DNA of 64,000 nucleotides from an uncultured Acidimicrobiia bacterium (lineage in GTDB: Bacteria > Actinomycetota > Acidimicrobiia > Spongiisociales > UBA11373), in the NCBI GenBank assembly GCA_964354255.1, contig CAYGYX010000002.1:8697-72696 (forward strand). Reading direction: 5' to 3'. Shown piece after piece: positions 1 through 8,959 of this stretch. The position numbers were made by a program, and so were the translations under genes. The notes below the pieces were generated by a model. It made no database searches and was not told the DNA's origin. It worked only from the letters and a program-made list of their open reading frames with translations. Numbering within the stretch: position 1 is the first letter of the stretch; each line of letters opens with the position of its first letter.

Positions 1-210
1 AAGCGGTCGGGGAGGACCCCGCCGACTGGGCCGAGGAGCAGCACGGGCAGGAACTGGAGGGCGAGCACTAGGCCGATGGCCGTCCCCGATCCGGTCAGCT
101 CGAGCACCAGCCAGCCCTGGGCAACGCTCTGCATCCAGGTGCCGGAGAGGGAGATGGCCTGCCCGGCGAGGTAGAGGCGGTAGTTGCGAACGCGCAGCGA
201 GGAGAACATC
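1..210 (-). CDS. MFS transporter, N-terminal fragment (gene runs off the window start; partial)
   Basis: Reverse complement of 1..210 reads [63 protein letters not shown].DR, a typical MFS TM1-TM2 N-terminus. The frame is open at the window edge, so it is absent from the ORF track. An alternative GTG start lies near 239. Confidence 0.5.
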
Positions 211-488
211 CGGCGGGCGGCGGCAGCGGTGGAGATCACGGTGACACCCTCGCTTCACGCGACGGAGCGCGGCGTTGCCGCCCGGGGAGCGCCACGGTGC
301 GGAGCCCGGCGGGAAGCTCGTGCAGGGCCTGACCTGTGGGGTGTGTCATTGCACCAGCGCGCCAACCAAGCACCCAGCCTACGAGGTTGCGCCGCGCCCC
401 CCGCCGCCGCGGCCATCGACTCGCCCCGCCGGAGGGGCAGGACGCGCCGGGGCCCGGCCGAAGGACCGGGCCCCGAGCATCGCGACGA

Positions 489-1097
489 TCAGCCCACGTA
501 GGGGATGGTCAGGAAGACGGCGCCGGTGCACACGGCCTGCTCGCCGGCATCGTATGCGTTGTTGTTGTTGGTGTCGCTCCAGCCCCCGGAGAACCCGACG
601 ATGCCCGCCTCCTCGCCGGCGCCGGTCCCGGCGGGGCGCTCGATCTTCACGGTGGCCCGCAGGGTCACCGCCATGTCGGCAACCGTCAGGCCGGTGGCGT
701 CGATGTTGGCCCGGGTGTGCCAGGCCTCCCAGGTGTCGAAGGCAGCCTCGACATCGGAGGCGTCGATCCCGTACGCCTGGCAGGCGCCCGGCTGCAGGAG
801 GGCGTTGGCGAGGCCGACGGTGTTCTTGCCCCGAAAAGGCCCGCCCCAGTTGCCCTGCGTGTCGAACAGCACGCTGGCCACTCGATCGGCGTTGGCCACT
901 CCGACCAGGATGAAGACCTTGTCGGACGTGGGTACGGTTATCGCGTAGGGCTTGAGGTCGAAACGGACCGCGGTGCGGTCGCCGGGGCCCAGCGAGTACT
1001 GCGTCATGCTGGTCCCGCGGAGCGCGAAGCAGGACGAGGCCAGCAGGGCGAAGACCGCCACCAGAACGGCGGCGAATCGGAAGGTGGACCGACTCAT
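489..1097 (-). CDS. hypothetical secreted protein (signal peptide, Arg-poor composition unlike the surrounding spurious ORFs)
   Basis: ORF 489..1109(-). A likely start is MSRSTFRFAAVLVAVFALLASSCFALRG (residue 5 of the track ORF), followed by a non-repetitive sequence rich in Asp/Thr/Asn. I do not recognise a family. Confidence 0.45.
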   Translation of the reverse strand: MSRSTFRFAAVLVAVFALLASSCFALRGTSMTQYSLGPGDRTAVRFDLKPYAITVPTSDKVFILVGVANADRVASVLFDTQGNWGGPFRGKNTVGLANALLQPGACQAYGIDASDVEAAFDTWEAWHTRANIDATGLTVADMAVTLRATVKIERPAGTGAGEEAGIVGFSGGWSDTNNNNAYDAGEQAVCTGAVFLTIPYVG

Positions 1098-1253
1098 GAA
1101 CCCCTCCAAGGTTGACTGGACTCACCCTACTCCTGAGGGCGTCGGGGTGCAGGACGGGGCGGGCCGAACTGCCAAGCGGTTCGGTCGGAGAGAGGGACCT
1201 CCCCAGAGTCGGATGCGTGCCTCGCCGCACTCCCGGTACCCTGCTCGCGGAGC

Positions 1254-2192
1254 GTGACCGCGAAGGGCAGGATGCAGCCGCGACAACGCCGGCGAGGCCC
1301 ACTGGCTGTTTGGCTGGCTTGTGGGCTGGTGGCAGGTGCCTGTTCGGGCGGTGCCGAGGCTCCTCAGGCGAATGGGCCGACGACGACGGCCACCGCCACC
1401 CCGACGACCGTGACCAGCACCACGGCAGCCGCCACCACCACGGAAACGCCGCCCACCACGCCGCCGGCCACCGCCACTACCGGCACCGTCGCTGCCACGA
1501 CGACGAGCACTACCCGGCCGGGGTGGTGGCGCGCCGTCAGCCCGTCCGATCCCTTGCGGGTCTGGGTCATCGGCGATTCGCTGGCGGGGCCAGTGGGGAA
1601 TGCTCTCGCCGGACGGGGGGCCACGACCGGGCCGATGGTGGTCACGGTCGATCACGAGAAGGGCACCGGCCTGGTGCGAGACGACGTCTTCGACTGGCCC
1701 GAGTACATGCGCCAGCGCCTGGGCGAGGTGAGCCCGGACGTCGTGGTGACGCTCATCGGGGCCAACGACGGGCAAGCCCTCCGGCTGCCCGGCGGCTGGC
1801 TCCAGTTTGGAACCCCCGAGTGGGACCGCGAGTACGCCGCCCGCGTCGGAGCCTGCATGGATCTACTGGTCGGCGGGTCCCCCCGGGTCTACTGGGTGGG
1901 CGTGCCGATCATGGCCGACCCTGCCTACGACGGGCGGGTGCAGCACATCAACGCCCTTGATCACGAGCAGGCGGGTGCCCGTGGCCAGTTGGTCTATGTG
2001 GATGCCTATTCCCTCTTCCAGGACGAGGCCGAGGACTTCGCCACGGAACTGGTCGACGAGCACGGCGACCTGGTGGCGATGCGCCTCCCCGACGGGATCC
2101 ATCTGACCGCGGCCGGAGCCGATCGGCTCGCCCAGGCCGTGCTATCCCAGATAGCGGGCGATTGGGGTTTCGAAGCCCCGCTGGGCAGCTGA
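1254..2192 (+). CDS. SGNH/GDSL-family hydrolase lipoprotein with a Thr/Ala/Pro-rich linker
   Basis: Lipobox LVAGAC after a basic N-terminus (alternative start at 1272). A Thr-rich low-complexity linker follows. SGNH blocks are present: VWVIGDSLAG (block I), LIGANDG (block III) and DGIHLT (block V, DxxH). Confidence 0.7.
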   Translation: MTAKGRMQPRQRRRGPLAVWLACGLVAGACSGGAEAPQANGPTTTATATPTTVTSTTAAATTTETPPTTPPATATTGTVAATTTSTTRPGWWRAVSPSDPLRVWVIGDSLAGPVGNALAGRGATTGPMVVTVDHEKGTGLVRDDVFDWPEYMRQRLGEVSPDVVVTLIGANDGQALRLPGGWLQFGTPEWDREYAARVGACMDLLVGGSPRVYWVGVPIMADPAYDGRVQHINALDHEQAGARGQLVYVDAYSLFQDEAEDFATELVDEHGDLVAMRLPDGIHLTAAGADRLAQAVLSQIAGDWGFEAPLGS

Positions 2193-2238
2193 GCGGGAGG
2201 CCAAAGATGGGCCAACCGGCCGTCACCGGGCCCAGGAG

Positions 2239-2934
2239 CTAGGCGTCGGTCCTGGCGGTGGCGGCCGCCTTGCGGCGCCGACGGATGAGCTCGGCCACTG
2301 TCGGTATCACCGAGACGAGCACGATCCCGAGGATGACCAGCGGGAAGTGGTTCTTGACGAAGGGGATGTTGGCGAAGAAGTACCCGGCGAAGGTGAAGAG
2401 GCCGACCCAGCCGATTCCCCCGATCACGTTGTAGGTGAAGAAGCGCGGGTACCCCATGCGCCCCATCCCGGCCACGAACGGAGCGAAGGTGCGCACGATG
2501 GGCAGGAAGCGGGCGACGATGATGGTGGCCGGCCCGTACCTCTCGAAGAAGGTATGGGTGCGCTCGAGGTTCTCCTTCTTGAAGAAGCGGGTCTGCTCCT
2601 CCCTGCGAAACAGCTTCGGGCCCAGGTAGCGCCCGATCGTGTAGTTGAGGGCGTCGCCGAGCACGGCCGCGACGCTGAGACTGATGAAGAGAACCCAGAC
2701 GTCGAGGTCGCCGCGAGCGGCGAAGGTCCCCGCCGCGAAGAGCAGGGAGTCCCCGGGGAGGAGGGGGGCGATGACCAAGCCGGTTTCCCCGGTGATCACC
2801 AGGAAGATGATCACGTAGGTCCACAGGCCGAAGTCCTGGATCAGTTGGCTGAGGTGGACATCGATGTGGAGGATGAAGTCCACGATGTTCGCCAGGAACC
2901 CCATGCTTACCCCGATGGTGTGACGACAGCCCAA
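2239..2934 (-). CDS. DedA-family (SNARE-associated) inner-membrane protein
   Basis: Carries the DedA signature region VIIFLVITGETGLVIAPLLPGDSLLFAAGTFAA and several TM segments, in about 230 aa. Confidence 0.75.
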   Translation of the reverse strand: MGCRHTIGVSMGFLANIVDFILHIDVHLSQLIQDFGLWTYVIIFLVITGETGLVIAPLLPGDSLLFAAGTFAARGDLDVWVLFISLSVAAVLGDALNYTIGRYLGPKLFRREEQTRFFKKENLERTHTFFERYGPATIIVARFLPIVRTFAPFVAGMGRMGYPRFFTYNVIGGIGWVGLFTFAGYFFANIPFVKNHFPLVILGIVLVSVIPTVAELIRRRRKAAATARTDA

Positions 2935-3055
2935 ACCCCGGCCCGACCCATCATGTTAAGGGCCGCGCCCAGCAACCTCGGGATGCACGGTGCGCGGGCC
3001 TTCGACCCGGGCCGGCCCTCGTCTCCGCAGTAGCGGTGGCGCCCCGACCTCAGGG

Positions 3056-4576
3056 TCAGGGCGCAGGCGGGCTCGACGGGGCGGCAGCCTCACGGCGCCG
3101 TAGCAGCAGGGCGACCCCGAGCGCCCCGGCCAGGAGCAGCGCCGAGAACAGGAAGGTCTCCCCGAGGGCCGAGGAGGTTATCTGCCCCTGGGCCCGGCGC
3201 AGGGCCTCCTCGTAGCCGGGATCGGCCATGGGCGGCAGGTCCAGGCTGCGGCGGGCGGCGTCGAAGCGGAAGATCGCCCAGGAGGTCAGGCCGGAGAGGC
3301 CCACCGCGAGCCCCATGAGGCGGGACAGGATCACGAGCCCCCCCGCCACGCCGCGCCGGTCGGCGGGCACGGCATCGACCGCGGCGGCATTGGCCGGGGC
3401 GGTTACCAGGCCGAAGCCGGCCCCGAGCAACGCCAGGCAAGCGACCATGAGCCCCAGAGTGACCTCCGGGCCCCAGGTGGCTCCCATGAGCAGGAAGGCC
3501 GCGGCGGCGGTGGCGAGCCCCGCCAGGGCCGGGGGGCGGTACCAGCTGCGCTCGGTCAGACGTCCGCCCGCCCAAGAGGCGAGCGCCATGGAGGCGGTCA
3601 GGCCGCTGAGAACCCAGCCGCTGAGGACGGCGGCGCGCTTCAGACCGGTCTCCACCACCAGGTTCACGAAGAGGGGGACGTCCACCATGGCGATGATCAG
3701 CGCCGCTCCCACCAGGAAGTTGATGGCCATGGCCGGGGCGAAGTTGGGCCGCCGGAACAGGCTCAGGTCGATCAGCGGGTCATCGCTGCGCCGCTCTAAC
3801 CAGACGAAGGCACCCACCGCGATCAGGGCAACCAGCAAGAACGGCAGGGTGGGCAGCGAGCGGCGCCCGGTCAACTCCTCCAGACCGCCCACGCCGGAGA
3901 TCTCGCTGGTGTTGACCAGGGCCACGTTCAGGCAGACGAGGGCGGTCGAGAGCCCCAGGGCGGCCGCCCAATCGATGCGCCGGCGCTCCGCCGGCCGATC
4001 GAGGTCGGCCAGCGCCCACCAGGCGGCGACGAGGGCGATCACCGCCAGGGGGATGTTAAGGAAGAACTGCCAGCGCCAGTCGAGGAAGCGCACAAGCAGC
4101 GCGCCGAAGAGCGGCCCCCACACCCAGCCGATGGTGTCCACCGCCCCCAGCACGCCGAGAGCGCCGGGTCGGCGGCGCTCCTCGAAGACGTCTCCCACCA
4201 CGGCCAGAGCGACCGGGACCATGGCCCCGCCGCCCAGGGCGCTGAGTATGCGGGCCACCATGAAGGGCCCGAGAGTCGTGGTGAAGGGGATCCAGGCCGA
4301 CCCTGCCAAGAAGAGGGCCAGGGCGCCCACGAAGACCCGACGCCGGCCGAGGACGTCGCTCAGGCGGCCCATGAAGGGCATCACCGCCACATACGCGACC
4401 AGATAGGAGTTGACGATCCAGGCGGCCCGGTCCCAGCCGTCGGGCAGCGGGATGCCCAGGTGGCCGATGATCTGGCGGAGCATGGTGGACACGACGGTGA
4501 GGTCGTCGGCCGCGATGAAGACACCGAAGCAGACGACGGCCAATACCGTCCCCGGCGAGGGGCGACGGCGGGTCAT
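3056..4576 (-). CDS. MFS drug-efflux transporter (14-TM DHA2/EmrB-like; P55/Rv1410c-like by context)
   Basis: 506 aa and highly hydrophobic, with MFS motifs (MPFMGRLSDVLGRRRV). Its start overlaps the stop of the upstream lipoprotein gene by 4 nt (ATGA), as in the lprG-p55 operon. Confidence 0.8.
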   Translation of the reverse strand: MTRRRPSPGTVLAVVCFGVFIAADDLTVVSTMLRQIIGHLGIPLPDGWDRAAWIVNSYLVAYVAVMPFMGRLSDVLGRRRVFVGALALFLAGSAWIPFTTTLGPFMVARILSALGGGAMVPVALAVVGDVFEERRRPGALGVLGAVDTIGWVWGPLFGALLVRFLDWRWQFFLNIPLAVIALVAAWWALADLDRPAERRRIDWAAALGLSTALVCLNVALVNTSEISGVGGLEELTGRRSLPTLPFLLVALIAVGAFVWLERRSDDPLIDLSLFRRPNFAPAMAINFLVGAALIIAMVDVPLFVNLVVETGLKRAAVLSGWVLSGLTASMALASWAGGRLTERSWYRPPALAGLATAAAAFLLMGATWGPEVTLGLMVACLALLGAGFGLVTAPANAAAVDAVPADRRGVAGGLVILSRLMGLAVGLSGLTSWAIFRFDAARRSLDLPPMADPGYEEALRRAQGQITSSALGETFLFSALLLAGALGVALLLRRREAAAPSSPPAP

Positions 4577-5250
4577 TCCACCGCCGGTGGCTGGATCTCC
4601 ACCGGTTCGTCGTAGCCCGACAGGGTGATGCTCCAGTCGCTCACCCCCGCGTCTCCGGTGGTGGAAAGCTCGAGGCGCCGAATGCGGCCGGAGGACTCAT
4701 CCAGCCAGAGGTCGATCGGGACCGACTGGGCGGCGGCGAACCCGGCGGTGAGCACCTCCACCCGGGCGGGGGGGACGGTGGCGGTCAGGTGATGGCCGTC
4801 CTCCTCGGCAGCCACAAAGGACACATCGGTGAGGTCGGCAAGGAGGGCCACCCAACCCGCATCCGGGTCGAAGAGCACCGCCGGGTTGAAGCCGGTTCCG
4901 GGGGTCAGCTCCTCCCACCGCCCGGTGAGGGGGTTGGTGAGCCAGGTACGCGAGGCCACGGAGATGGTTCCCAGCTGCACGGTGATGTCGCCGGCCCGGA
5001 CCTGCAGCACGGCCTCGGCCGAGGCGGGCGCCGAATACCGGCCCATGGCCGAAGTGAACTCGAAACCCTCGATGGTGACCGGGGCGCCGGCGCGGGACAT
5101 CTCGAAGGAGGCGGTCTCGACCACCGCCATGGCCGACCTCGCTTGGTCGAGCAGGGCGGTGGCATCGGGCGGGGGGGACCCGGGCTCCCCGGAGCAGGCG
5201 GCGAGCAACAGGCCCACAGAGAGCAGCAACTGGCGTCTCATGCTGGGCAA
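4573..5250 (-). CDS. lprG: LppX/LprG (LprAFG) family lipoprotein
   Basis: Signal peptide plus lipobox LLAAC and about 225 aa in total. It is co-oriented with, and 4-nt overlapped by, the downstream MFS gene, which is the classic mycobacterial lprG-Rv1410c arrangement. Confidence 0.7.
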   Translation of the reverse strand: MPSMRRQLLLSVGLLLAACSGEPGSPPPDATALLDQARSAMAVVETASFEMSRAGAPVTIEGFEFTSAMGRYSAPASAEAVLQVRAGDITVQLGTISVASRTWLTNPLTGRWEELTPGTGFNPAVLFDPDAGWVALLADLTDVSFVAAEEDGHHLTATVPPARVEVLTAGFAAAQSVPIDLWLDESSGRIRRLELSTTGDAGVSDWSITLSGYDEPVEIQPPAVE

Positions 5251-5354
5251 GGCTAATGATCCCGAAGCCCCGAAGGTGCCCGCCCCGGACCGGTGCCACG
5301 AAGCGACGGTATACCATCGTGCCGGTCCCGCCGCCGGCGGGGGCGGACGAGGTC

Positions 5355-7172
5355 ATGACCACACCGGAACCGATCAAGGCAGTGCTGCGCGACGGCTTCG
5401 CCCTGGTGGGCCGCTTCGTCGCGGCGCGCCCGGGGGCCTTCGCCCTCGCCGTGGCCGGGGCCATGGTGTACGCCTCGGCCATCGTGGCCTCGGCCCTGGT
5501 GGTGGGCCGGGTCACCGACGATCTCATCATCCCCGTGCTGGGCGGGGGCGAGCCCCTGGGCAACCGCTGGCTGGGCGGCGTGCTGGTCATCGCCGGCGTC
5601 GCCGCCTACAAGGCAGCGGGGATCACCCTGCGCCGGACCTTCGCCGGATGGCTCCAGGGGCGCACCCAGGCCGACCTGCGCTACCGCCTCATCGACCACC
5701 AGATGCGGCTCCGGCTCTCGTGGTTCAGCCGCCAGTCGACCGGGGACCTGATGGCGGTGAGCGAGACCGACGGCCGCCAAGCCACCTACATCCTCGCCCC
5801 GCTGCCCTACGGCACGGGGTCGGCGCTGCTGCTCCTGGGGAGCATCGCCATCATCACCTGGCTCGACCCACTGCTGGGCCTCATCACCCTGGCGGGCCTG
5901 GCCGGGATCATCGGCATCGACCTGCGGGGCTCCTGGCGGACCTTCGCGGCTTTCGAGCAGGTGCAGCGGAGTCGGGGGGCGGTGAGCGGGATCGCCCACG
6001 AGAGCTTCGACGGCGCCCTCACCGTGAAGGCCCTGGGTCGCGAGGAGTATGAGGTCGAGCGCATGCAGCGGGCGTCGGAGGGACTCCGCGACGACATCGT
6101 AGAGGTCAACCGCCTCTGGGCGTTCTTCGGGGCCTTCATCGAGTCCTTCCCCGCGTTCTGGACCGTGCTCCTGCTCGTGGTGGGGGCAGTGCGGCTCGAA
6201 GCGGGGGCGATCACCCCCGGCGACCTGATCACCATCACCTACCTGCTCTCGCTGCTCGCGGTGCCCATGCGCCTCTTCGGCTGGGTGTTCTGGGATCTGG
6301 CGCACAGCCTGGCCGGATGGCGCCGGGTGGAGGCAGTGCTCGGGGTGGAGGAGTTCGTGGTGCACGGGGACCTGTCGGCCGACCCGAGCCCCACTGGAGC
6401 TGCGGTCACCGGAGAGACGGTGGGTTTCACCTACACCGGGAACGAGGTAGTGCTTGCGGGGCTGGAACTGGACATCCCCCCGGGCCGGACCGTCGCGGTG
6501 GTCGGGCCCACCGGCTCGGGGAAGTCCACCCTGGCGATGCTCCTCGTCCGACTCTGGGACCCCTCCACGGGGGTCATCTCCCTGGACGGGCGCGACCTGC
6601 GCCGCTTCGCCCGGGCCGAGCTGCCCCAGGAGGTGGCCTTCGTCCCCCAGGAGGCGTTCCTGTTCAACGACGACGTGCGGGGCAACATCACCCTGGGGAT
6701 GCCCTTCAGCGATGAGGAAGTCACCGCCGCCGCCCGCCTCGCCGGCGCGGACGGGTTCGTGCGGGAACTCCCTCAGGGCTACGGGACGCGCCTTGGGGAG
6801 CGGGGCACGACGCTGTCGGGCGGGCAGCGGCAGCGGGTGGCCCTGGCCCGGGCCTTGGCCCGCCGCCCTCGCCTGCTGGTCCTCGATGACGCCACCTCGG
6901 CGGTGGACCCCTCGGTCGAGGCCGAGATCCTGCGTGGGCTGAGGGAGGCCGACCTTCCCTCCACGGTCGTGGTGGTCGCCTACCGACCCTCGAGCATCGC
7001 CCTGGCCGACTCGGTCGTCTTCGTCGACGAGGGCCGGGTGATGGCCCACGGGCGCCATCAGGACCTGCTGGCTATCCAGCCGGGTTACGCCCGGCTGCTC
7101 CAGGCCTACGAGGAGGATGCCGCCGCCCGGCGCGCCGAGCGGGAGAACGAAGCAGAGGAGGCGGCGCGATGA
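5355..7172 (+). CDS. ABC exporter, fused permease/ATP-binding subunit (heterodimer partner 1)
   Basis: Six-TM N-terminal domain plus Walker A GPTGSGKST, the signature LSGGQRQRVALARAL and Walker B LLVLDDATSAVD. The start was set at MTTPEPIKAV (residue 34 of track ORF 5256..7172). Confidence 0.8.
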   Translation: MTTPEPIKAVLRDGFALVGRFVAARPGAFALAVAGAMVYASAIVASALVVGRVTDDLIIPVLGGGEPLGNRWLGGVLVIAGVAAYKAAGITLRRTFAGWLQGRTQADLRYRLIDHQMRLRLSWFSRQSTGDLMAVSETDGRQATYILAPLPYGTGSALLLLGSIAIITWLDPLLGLITLAGLAGIIGIDLRGSWRTFAAFEQVQRSRGAVSGIAHESFDGALTVKALGREEYEVERMQRASEGLRDDIVEVNRLWAFFGAFIESFPAFWTVLLLVVGAVRLEAGAITPGDLITITYLLSLLAVPMRLFGWVFWDLAHSLAGWRRVEAVLGVEEFVVHGDLSADPSPTGAAVTGETVGFTYTGNEVVLAGLELDIPPGRTVAVVGPTGSGKSTLAMLLVRLWDPSTGVISLDGRDLRRFARAELPQEVAFVPQEAFLFNDDVRGNITLGMPFSDEEVTAAARLAGADGFVRELPQGYGTRLGERGTTLSGGQRQRVALARALARRPRLLVLDDATSAVDPSVEAEILRGLREADLPSTVVVVAYRPSSIALADSVVFVDEGRVMAHGRHQDLLAIQPGYARLLQAYEEDAAARRAERENEAEEAAR

Positions 7173-8950
7173 CCGCCGCGGACCCCGAGACCCCTCCGAT
7201 CCCGGCCCGGGTCGCCCTGCGCCGCTCCGTCAGGGAGGCCCCCGCCCTGTTGCGCGGGCTGTGGCTGACCCTGCTCCTGATGACGGCCGGCACCGCCATG
7301 CAGATCGTGGTACCCGTCGTCATCCAGCAGATCGTGGACGGGGAGATCCTGGCCCCCGGAGGCGTCGACGTGGGCGGCGTGCTGCTCCGGGGCCTGGCGG
7401 CTCTGGCCGCCATCGTGGCGGCGGCTGCCGCCCGGCGCCTTGGCCTGGTCAGGCTGCTGACCGCCTCGGCGACGGGCCTCTCCGACCTGCGCGTCGTGAC
7501 CTTCCGCCACATGCACCGCCTCTCGATCCTCCACGTGGAGGGGGAGCGGCGCGGCGCCCTGGTGTCGCGGGTGACCTCGGACATCGCCACCATCCAGGAC
7601 TTCATGGACTTCGGAGGGGTGGCGATGGTCATCGGCTCCCTCCAGGTGGTCCTGGCGGTCGTGGTGATGACCGTGTACCGCTGGCAGCTGTCGCTGCTGG
7701 TGGTCCTCGGCGTGGTGGCTTACGCGGTGATGCTCTCCTGGTTCCAGTCGATCCTGGCCCGGGCCCACGATCGGGTCCGGGTCCGTGTGGCCGACAGCCT
7801 GGCCGCCGTGGGCGAGGCCATTTCCGGGCTGCCGGTGGTGCGGGCCTTCGGCGCCGAGGACGTGACCCTGGCCCGGGTGCGCCGGGCCCTCGACGCCCAG
7901 TTCCTGGCCGAGTTCCGGGCCAACCGCCTGGGGGCCTTCCTGTTCTCCTCGGCCGAGCTGTTCGCCGGGCTCATCACCGCCGCCGTCATCGGCGTCGGGG
8001 TATGGCTGGGGGCGGCACGGGGGGTCTCGGCCGGCGGCCTGCTCGCCTTCCTCTTCCTGGTGAACTTGCTGGTCGAGCCGGTGCAGATGCTGGTGGAGAC
8101 CCTGGACCTGGTGCAGAGCGCCGGCGCCGGGGTGCGGCGCATCCTCGGGGTGCTCGACACCCCCATCGACGTCCCCGACCCGGTGGATGGGGTCGACCTG
8201 CCGGCCGGGAGCCTCGACGTGGACTTCGAGGGGGTGCGCTTCCGCTACCCGACCGGGCCCGACGTGATCAGCGACCTCAACGTGCGCATCCCCAACGGCA
8301 CCCGGGTGGCGGTGGTGGGGGAGACCGGTTCGGGCAAGACGACCTTCGCCAAACTGGTGACCCGCCTCCTCGACCCCACCGCAGGCTGGGTGATCATCGG
8401 CGGGGTGCCCCTCAACCGGATCCGCTTCGCCTCCTTGCGGCGGCGGGTGGCCTTCGTTCCCCAGGAGGGCTTCCTCTTCGACACCACCGTGGGTGGCAAC
8501 GTGCGCTACGGCAGGCCGGAAGCAACCGACGCCGAACTGCACGCGGCCTTCGAGGAACTCGGGCTGGCCGACTGGCTGGAGCAGCTGCCGGCGGGCCTGG
8601 ACACGCCGGTGGGGGAGCGGGGCGGGCAGCTGTCGGTGGGCGAGCGGCAGCTGGTGGCCCTGGTGCGGGCCTGGATCGCCGACCCCGACTTGCTGGTCCT
8701 CGACGAGGCCACCTCGGCGGTGGACCCGGCCCTGGAGGTGCGCCTGCGCCGGGCCATCGAGCGCCTCACGGCAGGCCGGACCAGCATCACCGTGGCCCAC
8801 CGCCTCTCCACGGCCGAGGCTGCGGACGAGGTCCTGGTCTTCGACCAGGGCAGCCTGGTGGAGCGAGGCCCGCACGACGAGCTGCTGGCCGCGGGCGGGG
8901 TCTACGCCGCCCTGCATGCCGATTGGGCAGTAGGCACCGCCAACCCCTGA
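7169..8950 (+). CDS. ABC exporter, fused permease/ATP-binding subunit (heterodimer partner 2)
   Basis: TM domain plus Walker A GETGSGKTT, the signature LSVGERQLVALVRAW and Walker B LLVLDEATSAVD. There is a 4-nt ATGA overlap with the upstream partner gene. Confidence 0.8.
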   Translation: MTAADPETPPIPARVALRRSVREAPALLRGLWLTLLLMTAGTAMQIVVPVVIQQIVDGEILAPGGVDVGGVLLRGLAALAAIVAAAAARRLGLVRLLTASATGLSDLRVVTFRHMHRLSILHVEGERRGALVSRVTSDIATIQDFMDFGGVAMVIGSLQVVLAVVVMTVYRWQLSLLVVLGVVAYAVMLSWFQSILARAHDRVRVRVADSLAAVGEAISGLPVVRAFGAEDVTLARVRRALDAQFLAEFRANRLGAFLFSSAELFAGLITAAVIGVGVWLGAARGVSAGGLLAFLFLVNLLVEPVQMLVETLDLVQSAGAGVRRILGVLDTPIDVPDPVDGVDLPAGSLDVDFEGVRFRYPTGPDVISDLNVRIPNGTRVAVVGETGSGKTTFAKLVTRLLDPTAGWVIIGGVPLNRIRFASLRRRVAFVPQEGFLFDTTVGGNVRYGRPEATDAELHAAFEELGLADWLEQLPAGLDTPVGERGGQLSVGERQLVALVRAWIADPDLLVLDEATSAVDPALEVRLRRAIERLTAGRTSITVAHRLSTAEAADEVLVFDQGSLVERGPHDELLAAGGVYAALHADWAVGTANP

Positions 8951-8959
8951 CCGCGGTAG

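Noticed and set aside
184-1115. Plus-strand ORFs 184..501, 275..913 and 336..1115, and minus-strand ORF 379..1302.
   Set aside because: Extremely Arg/Pro/Gly-rich translations in alternative frames of the real minus-strand genes (MFS fragment and secreted protein). This is typical high-GC frame noise.
5253-8917. Long minus-strand ORFs 5253..7058 (601 aa) and 7106..8917 (603 aa).
   Set aside because: They are antisense to the two ABC exporter genes, whose sense frames carry Walker A/B and signature motifs. The antisense translations are Gly/Arg/His/Asp low-complexity.
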